Source: Vibrio vulnificus CMCP6 (GTDB taxonomy: Bacteria; Pseudomonadota; Gammaproteobacteria; Enterobacterales; Vibrionaceae). From it: a stretch of 32,000 bases of DNA. Below are positions 7,740 to 15,570 of this stretch, one piece after another. The DNA is taken from positions 1 to 32,000 of the forward strand of contig NC_004459.3 of assembly GCF_000039765.1 (NCBI RefSeq), written 5' to 3'. The notes under the pieces were generated by a model that was not told the origin of the DNA, ran no database searches, and saw only the letters and a list, made by a program, of their open reading frames with translations. A program made the translations under genes and the position numbers. How positions within the stretch are numbered: the stretch's first letter is position 1; each line of letters begins with the position of its first letter.

Positions 7740-10289
7740 CTAATTTTTCATGTGCACATCAATTTGTGGATAAGCAATTTCAACATTATTCTCATTGAAT
7801 AACTGATTAATCTTTTTGTTTACCAAATGAAGAGTTGGTAAGCGATCATCAATTGAGTTGATATGAAGCCTAAGCTCAAACTCCAAACTGCTGTCACCAA
7901 AAGACAGAAAATATACCTTCGGTATAGGGGAGTTTAATATGTGAGGATTACCTTCCACGGCTCGATATAGTAACTCTTCAACCAAATCTATATCTGAATC
8001 ATAGGCAACACCAATAGGGATAACTACCCTAGTAACCGAATCGGTCAAGGACCAGTTGATAAGCTTGTCTGTGATAAATACTTTATTAGGGACAACAATT
8101 TCTTTATTGTCCCAATCAATAATGGTTGTAGATCGAGTTTGAATTTTACTAACGGTTCCAGAAAGCTCATTAATAGTAACCGTGTCACCTATCCTTATTG
8201 GTCTCTCAAACAACAGTATTAGACCTGAAATAAAATTGGCAAATATTTCCTGCAGACCAAACCCCAAACCAACACCAACCGCAGCAACTAACCATTGCAA
8301 GCTTTCCCACTCAATACCGATGGTGGTAAAAGCAATAACAATACCAAGCATCAATATAATGTATCGAAGTAAAGTAGTAATCGTGTAGCCAGTTCCAGGT
8401 GCTAGGCTCATTCTACGTAAAACCAACAATTCTAAAAGGCCTGGGATATTTCTTATACTCACAAATGAAATAGCTAAAGTAAGCAACGCATACATAAGTG
8501 ATTTCAAGGTGATATCGACCGCTTCACCACCACTCGTAGGCGAAGCAACCTGCCATAAGAGAACGTTATCCATCCAGTTGGTTAATTCTAACTGACTTGA
8601 CCATACTGTCGAAAGAACAGTAACTAACAAAATTAAACTCAGCCCTTTCAACAACGCCATAGACTGTTCGCTAATGGATGCTTTATCTAAAGCATGGCTT
8701 TCAGCGTCAAAGGACGCAGTTTCTTCTGATAAACCTTCGCTTTCACGAGCGATTTTTTCCTCTCGCTTTGCAAGAAAGCGCTGATAAATCAATTGTTTTT
8801 GCTCTAAGATTAACCACCGCTCCCCTAACTGATAAACTAAGAAAACCCCCATTAATGCAAACATATTGAGTTGCTGGAGTATCAGTATTTTCCACGAACC
8901 GACATACAGACCTAATATGGCCATCGCGATGACAACAAAGAAAGAGACCTGCACTGAATAATAAATAAGAAAGAAACCAAGCCCTGATTGAAAAAATGCA
9001 GGGAAGTGAGTATTAACGTCGTCTAAATTCAATGTGCTCGTATAAAATACAAAGAGAAAAACAACCACAAGCAGATAAAGTATACGAAGGATTTCGACAT
9101 CATTTTCATGCTCAACCAAACGGAAAACGTGGAATAAAACAAGAATGATAAGTAATGGTAACATTATCATCCGTATTCGATGATGAATCGTGTGGCACAC
9201 TTCGCTTGACCAGCGAAAATGTAATTCAAGCATCCCTTTTTTTCTACTCAAATGATAAAGAAAACCCACACTCCACAATAGAACAAAGCTAGCTATCATG
9301 ATCTCATCAAACAAAATTGATGGATGACGCAGCGACATGAAATCGAGAAACCATACGCAGTTGAAGAAAAATATAGGGAGCATTGATGATGCTAAGACGG
9401 TTATTAGTAAAACGATGATGCTATTTGAAAAGCTGTCTTTTAATGGATGACCAAATATTTTTTCTTGTCGCTGTGATATAAGATCAAGTTTTAACTTAAG
9501 CCACCAATTTAAAAACAGCAATGTTAGGGAGAAGACGGCTAGAAAAATTAATGCCACATTCATTTTTGACCAATCAATATTCTTAGAACTAGAACCAGAC
9601 GAATATATCACCCCGAACAGTTTCTTACCGTTCAGATTAAAAATGCTTTCCCAAAGAGGTGTATTACTGTAGGTCCAGACCTGTCGTTCTTTAAGAAAGG
9701 CTATGGCTGTTTCAAGCGTTACAGAATAATTTTCAGATACGTCAATTAACTTGTCTACCTCTGTCGAGAGCTGTTTATATAATGACATTAACTCTTGGAG
9801 TTTTTTTAGATTAGAACTGTCTCGTGCAAGCGAATCGGAAGCCCTTGAAGCTTTGGTAATTTCATAGAACCGAAGATTTACCTGTGAGCGATAATCGTGA
9901 AGGCTTTGGATGTTGATTCCTTTCGGTAACTCTTGCAGCAAATTCCTTGTATAGGCTCCGAATGTCGTCGTCTTATTAAGCCAATTTAGGTTATCCTTTA
10001 TTGCCTTCATTTCATCCGAAAGTTCGGTATATTCTAGGTTCACATTTTGTAGATCGGTGGCCGTTTTAGCAATTTCAAGTTTGACTTTTTCAATCTCCGA
10101 TTCAAGCTTGTGAGTATCTGTAAAATTCTCTTGGCTAAATTCCAGCTCCTTAGCTATAAAACTGTCACTATTGAGGACTCTCGAGTACGAATTTTCATCC
10201 TCACTGGTCAGAAGATAGATAGCAATTGACATGGCAATCATTGCTATGAATGCCATGATATATGAGTAGGTTTCTTTTTTTCTAATCAC
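7740..10289 (-). CDS. large MscS-family mechanosensitive channel (MscK/MscM-like)
   Basis: 849 aa. N-terminal anchor, then an approx 230-aa coiled-coil-like periplasmic region, multiple TM helices, and a C-terminal MscS core (GLGFGLQEIFANFISGLILLFERPIRIGDTVTI...IVVPNKVF). GTG start with GAGAAGG SD. Confidence 0.85.
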   Translation of the reverse strand: MIRKKETYSYIMAFIAMIAMSIAIYLLTSEDENSYSRVLNSDSFIAKELEFSQENFTDTHKLESEIEKVKLEIAKTATDLQNVNLEYTELSDEMKAIKDNLNWLNKTTTFGAYTRNLLQELPKGINIQSLHDYRSQVNLRFYEITKASRASDSLARDSSNLKKLQELMSLYKQLSTEVDKLIDVSENYSVTLETAIAFLKERQVWTYSNTPLWESIFNLNGKKLFGVIYSSGSSSKNIDWSKMNVALIFLAVFSLTLLFLNWWLKLKLDLISQRQEKIFGHPLKDSFSNSIIVLLITVLASSMLPIFFFNCVWFLDFMSLRHPSILFDEIMIASFVLLWSVGFLYHLSRKKGMLELHFRWSSEVCHTIHHRIRMIMLPLLIILVLFHVFRLVEHENDVEILRILYLLVVVFLFVFYTSTLNLDDVNTHFPAFFQSGLGFFLIYYSVQVSFFVVIAMAILGLYVGSWKILILQQLNMFALMGVFLVYQLGERWLILEQKQLIYQRFLAKREEKIARESEGLSEETASFDAESHALDKASISEQSMALLKGLSLILLVTVLSTVWSSQLELTNWMDNVLLWQVASPTSGGEAVDITLKSLMYALLTLAISFVSIRNIPGLLELLVLRRMSLAPGTGYTITTLLRYIILMLGIVIAFTTIGIEWESLQWLVAAVGVGLGFGLQEIFANFISGLILLFERPIRIGDTVTINELSGTVSKIQTRSTTIIDWDNKEIVVPNKVFITDKLINWSLTDSVTRVVIPIGVAYDSDIDLVEELLYRAVEGNPHILNSPIPKVYFLSFGDSSLEFELRLHINSIDDRLPTLHLVNKKINQLFNENNVEIAYPQIDVHMKN

Positions 10290-10355
10290 TTTGCCTTCTC
10301 ACCAGTGCCAAAACAAAGAAGATGCCATTCATTAAAATGACATTACTTTTCTTTT

Positions 10356-10958
10356 CTATTCTTGACTGAACGCCTCTGCCAATTCTTCAATAATTTCGCT
10401 AAAAGCATTACCCAACCCCTTTGCTAATGCTTCAGGTGTTTTATCTGACAGTTCAACTTTACTTAATATTTTCTTATCAAATATGATAGCGGGTCTAACG
10501 CTAGAACTGTCCACCAAAATGAATTGTATTTCCATTACGGCGGTTGGTGTCTGGCCTTTTCTGAAGTCGCCAAATAATTTGGTGACGACGGTTTTTAGGA
10601 CTAAGTTAGTAGAAACACCTGCATTATAGGGAACGGTATTAGCGACCACTCCAGAGCGTATGAGTAAGGTCGGTATTTGGTTTTCGATGATAGCGCCAGG
10701 CTCAGTAATAAAACGATTATAATAATCACTTTCGAAACTGACATCAGACAACCTGAATACCATTTGCGTGTTATTAAAAGGGCTTTCCACACGAACGCCA
10801 TCGATAAGTAACGTTTCATATTTTTTTGTGTACGTCTTCGCCGGATAATCAGCCACAATAGCGTAATTATTTGGACTTTCTACAGGCTGCGCCATCATCC
10901 CACAGCCAAATAAAACAAAAAGACTCAACATCACTAGGAAATATTTATTTCTATTCAT
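10356..10958 (-). CDS. PqiC/YmbA-like (DUF330) ABC-transport auxiliary lipoprotein
   Basis: Lipobox in MNRNKYFLVMLSLFVLFGC. Size and position after an MCE gene fit this family. An alternative GTG start at 10994 would add 12 residues. Confidence 0.7.
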   Translation of the reverse strand: MNRNKYFLVMLSLFVLFGCGMMAQPVESPNNYAIVADYPAKTYTKKYETLLIDGVRVESPFNNTQMVFRLSDVSFESDYYNRFITEPGAIIENQIPTLLIRSGVVANTVPYNAGVSTNLVLKTVVTKLFGDFRKGQTPTAVMEIQFILVDSSSVRPAIIFDKKILSKVELSDKTPEALAKGLGNAFSEIIEELAEAFSQE

Positions 10959-10997
10959 ATCTAACCACACTTTATTTGGAGTCGTAATATTCACGTT

Positions 10998-11969
10998 TTA
11001 ATCTATTTTTAACTTCTGAGGCTCAGAGCTAAATATGATACTGGATGGCTGATTCTTCAAAGTCTCGGAAAAGCTTTTTAAATTTTCGACAGTGGCTCTC
11101 AAGTCTTTCATGACATAATTAATTTCAGGCTGGTTATCAGCCATGATCACATCTAGCCTGACAGCCGCACGGTCTAAATCTTTAATTAACGTATTGATAT
11201 CACCTTCATCACTGAGAGATGAATTGAGACTTTGGCTAATTTGTGCGATTGAAGAGATGATAACCTTCACTTCTGGGTCTGAAACTACGCCATCAACACC
11301 CTTCACCATCTGGTTAGTATTTATCAGCAACGTTAGGAGCTGCGCATTCAGCGCTTCAACATCCACCAGACCTATAGATTTGTTTAAAGTTTCAAGCAGA
11401 ATATTGATATTAGATACTAATGTGTTGATATCCGCCTCATCCAAACGAGAAATTAAACGCTGTATGCCTGAAACGATTTTTCCCGTGGAGTTTTTTGTTG
11501 ATGGTACATAGGGGTAGTCTGGATCCCAATCGAAATTTAATTCTACATCTGCCTGTGTATAGTCAAATGATAAATACTGTTGACCGGTGATACCTGCTAA
11601 TTGTGTTGTCGCTCTAAGACCGCGCTCTATGGAAATTTCAATATTTCTATTCCATTCTTCGGCTGTACTTTTCGTACCGTTGATCTCACTGCGAACAACC
11701 ACATAGGACTTCCTATTTTCTCTTGGTACTGCTGATTCATAGAGCGCATCTGACAATTCTATTGCCACTACTTCCCCGGCAGTGATCCCACGAAAGCGCA
11801 CCGGAGCTCCAACATCAAGACCAGATACTGATTCATCAAAGTAAGTCTCAATAATTATCTTAGGTTCAAATAAAGACCGACCACCTAGGATAAACAGGAC
11901 AATAAATAACGAGATCAACGCTGAGACCACAAACAACCCTAACTTGTAACTGCCTTTTGAATCATCCAT
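10998..11969 (-). CDS. MlaD-like single-MCE-domain protein with long helical C-terminal extension
   Basis: N-terminal TM (LGLFVVSALISLFIVLFILGG), an MCE domain (SVSGLDVGAPVRFRGITAGEVVAIEL), then approx 180 aa of heptad-like Leu/Ile/Asn/Ser-rich sequence. Overlaps the ATPase gene by 8 nt. Confidence 0.8.
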   Translation of the reverse strand: MDDSKGSYKLGLFVVSALISLFIVLFILGGRSLFEPKIIIETYFDESVSGLDVGAPVRFRGITAGEVVAIELSDALYESAVPRENRKSYVVVRSEINGTKSTAEEWNRNIEISIERGLRATTQLAGITGQQYLSFDYTQADVELNFDWDPDYPYVPSTKNSTGKIVSGIQRLISRLDEADINTLVSNINILLETLNKSIGLVDVEALNAQLLTLLINTNQMVKGVDGVVSDPEVKVIISSIAQISQSLNSSLSDEGDINTLIKDLDRAAVRLDVIMADNQPEINYVMKDLRATVENLKSFSETLKNQPSSIIFSSEPQKLKID

Positions 11970-12783
11970 TACTTAGCTCACTCTCTTCTTTTTGTTCATC
12001 TGATTTTTGTACATCGGGCTTCCGGTTGAAAAACTGGCGAACTCGGGTATCGCTACTTTGGTCACGTAAATCGCTAGGGTGTCCTTCAGCAATAATACTT
12101 TTAGATAAGGGGTCGAGCATAATTGCTCTATCGGCTATGGAGAAAATACTTTGGAGTTCGTGCGTCACAATGATGAATGTGTACCCTAAACTCTCTCTTA
12201 AATTTAATATTGTTTGATCTAAGTTAGCAGCTGTAATCGGATCCAAGCCCGCCGAAGGTTCATCCAAAATCAAGATATTCGCACCAATAGCCATGGCTCT
12301 GGCGATCCCTGCTCGCTTGAGCATACCTCCAGATAACTGACTTGGCATCAGCTCAGCTGAATAGCCCATCTCCAATAGTTCTAATAGTGTTCGAGAAATT
12401 TTATTTTTCTCCGCCATACCGAGATCGGTAAATTGATCTAATGGGAAACGCACATTTTCCAAAATGCTCAATGACCCAAACAAAGCTCCGCTTTGATACA
12501 TAACGCCTAGTTGACGCTGTATTGACGCCTTCTCTGTTTCTCCAGCACCAACAATGCTCTTACCGTTGATGGTGATGTCCCCAGAGATAGGTTCATACAG
12601 CCCAATAATGTGCTTCATCAAGCTAGATTTACCACATCCAGAACCACCTAAAATAACGAGAATTTCACCTCGCTTTACACTAAAAGAGGCGTTTTCTAGT
12701 AGGATCTTCTCGCCGTAACCCATTTTTAAGCCGGTTACTACGACCGCCTCATCATTTTTCGGGTCATTTATTTTCGAGTTCAT
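11962..12783 (-). CDS. MlaF-like ABC transporter ATP-binding protein
   Basis: Walker A GGSGCGKSS, signature LSGGMLKRAGIARA, Walker B ILILDEPSAGLD, and H-loop IIVTHEL. Confidence 0.9.
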   Translation of the reverse strand: MNSKINDPKNDEAVVVTGLKMGYGEKILLENASFSVKRGEILVILGGSGCGKSSLMKHIIGLYEPISGDITINGKSIVGAGETEKASIQRQLGVMYQSGALFGSLSILENVRFPLDQFTDLGMAEKNKISRTLLELLEMGYSAELMPSQLSGGMLKRAGIARAMAIGANILILDEPSAGLDPITAANLDQTILNLRESLGYTFIIVTHELQSIFSIADRAIMLDPLSKSIIAEGHPSDLRDQSSDTRVRQFFNRKPDVQKSDEQKEESELSNG

Positions 12784-12792
12784 CAGGCTTCC

Positions 12793-13866
12793 TCAGGTTA
12801 GTAATACGGTAAAAAAGCCATCAATGACCACTATCCAAATGATACTACTCACCACTGCACTGGTTGCCGCCAAGCCTACCGAAGTAGAACCTTGACCTGT
12901 AGCTAACCCCCTTTCACAACCGATAACAGCGATAATGAAGCCAAAAGTCGTGGCTTTGATCAAACCAAATCCAAAATCCCAAATAGAAAGTGCACTTAGC
13001 AATTGATGATAATATTGAACAAAACTGATATCGAACTTCAGCAATACAAGTGCACCGCCAAAAACACCGATGATGTCTGCAAATACTGTTAATAGTGGGA
13101 GCACAAGAATAGAAGCATAAATTCGAGGTATGACCAAGAACTCAACGGGGCTGATACCAAAGGTGCGCAGTGCATTTATCTCTTCGTTCACTTTCTGAGT
13201 GCCGATCTCAGCCGCAAACGCAGCACCAGTCCGGCCAGCAAAAACGATAGCAGTCATCAATGGGCCCAGTTCCCTGAGCATTGATATCCCTATTCCATCC
13301 GCCACAAAAAGAACTGCACCAAATTGCTCAGCTACTAGGCCTATTTCAAAGGCAATGATAACACCCATGAGGAAGCCAATTAACATAATTATTGGTACTG
13401 CATCAGCACCCGCCCTTGATGCAATATCAGAAACTGTCGCCCAATTTACGTTTTTCCTCCGGCTTATTCCTATTTTGAAAACCACTGCACAATCTTTAAC
13501 AAACCGAGCCACAGAACCGACATCGATAAGCATTTCTTTTGTAGCTCGCCCAACGCGCTCAAAAAAACCTCTTTCTCTACCGACAATACTAGGATTGTTT
13601 TCCACCGGGGCTGGCGGTACAAGTTCAGCCAAACTGGGCTTAAGACCAACTATTGAAATTTCAGCACCAGGCGCACGAAATCTTGTTTGTAAATCTGATA
13701 AAAACGCGATACCAGATATGTCGATAAAAGTTAAATTGTGCGCATTAACAACAATGGCAGAATTTGGATGTGTATCCAAAATCCTGTTCGCTTTTTCCCA
13801 TAAATTTCCAACAATTTCAGAAGTAATGCTTTCATCTAACTCGATTTCCAAACTGTTCTCGCTCAT
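12793..13866 (-). CDS. STAS-domain / MlaE-family permease fusion
   Basis: The C-terminal 250 aa match MlaE (LRELGPLMTAIVFAGRTGAAFAAEIGTQKVNEEINALRTFGISP). The N-terminal approx 100 aa look like a STAS fold. Start set at ATG 13866 (MSENSLEIE) with GAGGAAG SD, rather than the ORF-track start at 14022. Confidence 0.8.
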   Translation of the reverse strand: MSENSLEIELDESITSEIVGNLWEKANRILDTHPNSAIVVNAHNLTFIDISGIAFLSDLQTRFRAPGAEISIVGLKPSLAELVPPAPVENNPSIVGRERGFFERVGRATKEMLIDVGSVARFVKDCAVVFKIGISRRKNVNWATVSDIASRAGADAVPIIMLIGFLMGVIIAFEIGLVAEQFGAVLFVADGIGISMLRELGPLMTAIVFAGRTGAAFAAEIGTQKVNEEINALRTFGISPVEFLVIPRIYASILVLPLLTVFADIIGVFGGALVLLKFDISFVQYYHQLLSALSIWDFGFGLIKATTFGFIIAVIGCERGLATGQGSTSVGLAATSAVVSSIIWIVVIDGFFTVLLT

Positions 13867-14591
13867 TACTTCTTCCTCAAAGTTATCCGCGTATAGATGC
13901 TTGGTATAATATGTTAAGAGGACTGACAAATAATTAGACAATCGCTTTATACTAGACAGGAATTTTGAATCTAACAACCTGAAGTAACTAAATTTCTGGC
14001 CTTGATGTGATGGGTTTAACAATCAAGTAGAATAGAATATTGCCTTTAAATATTCACCAAGAAAACTCCATATCGGATTATGCTGCACAATCCCCAAAAT
14101 TCTGGATTCATTCCTTTTCTACTGAACTTAAATTCTGGGATCTATTTGTTTGGGCTGTTCAAGGCATCCCTAACGCTACAACAGCAGTAAAGATTAAGGA
14201 TCATATCTCTATCACTATGATCAACAAAATCTTTTTCCAACACTCGAGCTTGAAAGAAGTTTTTCATACTCTACGCGGAAGAAGATATAATCCATTGTTA
14301 CCAGATTGCGCCTTGTTCTAAACTTGGTTAAGGAATAACCTCAATTTAATCGGAAAGTGTGAAAAACAATATCTTGAGGCTTGCGATTCAGGAACGGCAT
14401 GAGCCATTCTAAACTAATAAGATGTCTATTTTGTCGTTAACACACTGCTGTAACACTTCGGCGCCGAAGCGCTTATTGAAGTCTACTAACGGATCCGAGT
14501 ACGTTTTTTACAGTACACGAACGATGTCGAGCCTACCGAGTTGTCCGATATTCATCGTTTACTTTCCAACTATTACGAGTAAGAACACAAT

Positions 14592-14852
14592 TTGACATTA
14601 CAAAGGTTTGAAGAGCTTAAAAGTCAATATGAATCTAGAAAGACAGAAGAGGCTATTTCCGATTTCATTTCGAACACTGGCATGCTTCGCTCACCTTTGC
14701 TTGACGAGGTTCAAGACAAGATCTCGGAGCTAGAAGAAGGGGAATCCGAGGCTGACTCAGATGATGATGAATATTCAGAATCAGTGTGGGAATCTCGTCA
14801 AACAAAGCAACGAGAGAACAAAGAAATAGATGATATGTTTGGTACTCTGTGA
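14592..14852 (+). other. acidic 86-codon ORF, probably the tail of a decayed gene
   Basis: TTG start only. The same frame stays protein-like upstream across in-frame stops at 14580 and 14487. No recognisable family. Confidence 0.25.
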
Positions 14853-15021
14853 AAAATATACATCTAGTTAACCAATAGAAATTTTTATCCAGAACTTACG
14901 AGCTAGATCTAAGACTTTAACTCGGAATTGTCCAGAGACGTGCCAGAACTATCACTGCTGACAACAACGAGTATGATGACCGTGATGCTACTTTATGCAT
15001 TCTATTTAACATCAGAAAACG

Positions 15022-15092
15022 ACAAATGTTGCAAACCACATTAAAATACAGAAATAGGTGCAACATTTGTGTGCGAGAATACAAATGTTGCA
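15022..15092. repeat. three copies of ACAAATGTTGCA (direct, inverted, direct)
   Basis: 15022-15033 ACAAATGTTGCA, 15059-15070 TGCAACATTTGT, 15081-15092 ACAAATGTTGCA. All are perfect 12-mers read directly from the sequence. Confidence 0.9.
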
Positions 15093-15208
15093 TAGGTAGC
15101 TTTATGTCGAGGTTTGGTTTATCCAATATGGCTCTAACTCATTATTTAACCAGCATTATTCACTCATTCACTAGCTTAGCCCATCAGATGCTTAAGCGAA
15201 CTAATCAG

Positions 15209-15565
15209 GATTTGCCCACACCAGTAAAATATTACAACCCTGAAATCGCGAAGGAGTATAAGAAAATCGAAGCGGCTGCAGAGCAAAAACTGCTCTCCAT
15301 GCTGCCGGAAGAGTTTCAGGAAGACTTTCGTCCATTTGTCATCTCACAACAAACTTCGGAAGAAGAAGCTCAAATCGTCAAACAAGCTGATTCCATTTGT
15401 GCCTATCTCAAATGTCTAGAAGAACTCAGTGCAGGTAATCACGAGTTTGCTTTGGCGAAAAAGCGCTTAGACATTACGTTAGCGGAAAGAAAAACACCTG
15501 AAATGGATTATTTCCTCAATACGTTTGCGCCAAGCTTTGAGCTATCCCTAGACGAAATCAGTTAA
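15209..15565 (+). pseudogene. yfbR: yfbR 5'-deoxynucleotidase (HD domain), 5'-truncated
   Basis: From [10 protein letters not shown] onward the ORF matches E. coli YfbR residues approx 78-199 ([24 protein letters not shown]...[11 protein letters not shown]). The 61 codons upstream (15026-15208) show no YfbR similarity and lack the His and His-Asp metal ligands. Confidence 0.8.
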
Positions 15566-15570
15566 CAAAT

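Noticed and set aside
7765-7773. Perfect DnaA box TGTGGATAA
   Set aside because: It is a single isolated 9-mer inside the channel coding sequence, with no cluster and no AT-rich unwinding element. It is compatible with chance.
13199-13909. 236-aa plus-strand ORF inside the permease gene
   Set aside because: It is a shadow ORF antisense to a region with clear MlaE homology. Its product is Ala/Ser/Thr/Pro-rich low-complexity sequence with no recognisable motif.
12793-14022. Longer 409-aa version of the permease ORF starting at 14022
   Set aside because: The extra 52 residues are not STAS- or MlaE-like. The internal ATG at 13866 has a good GAGGAAG SD.
14040-14321. 93-aa plus-strand ORF (TTG start) upstream of the mce operon
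   Set aside because: It has only a TTG start and no SD or recognisable family. The opposite strand is equally open in pieces. I treated it as part of the decayed region rather than as a gene.
15004-15012. ATTTAACAT resembling one arm of the Vibrio dif site
   Set aside because: The central region and the second (XerD) arm do not match, so this is not a dif or IMEX attachment site.
15022-15092. Interpretation of the triple repeat as a Tn7-like transposon end
   Set aside because: There are no tns genes, no terminal TGT...ACA boundary, and no matching opposite end in the window. It is kept only as one hypothesis in the findings.
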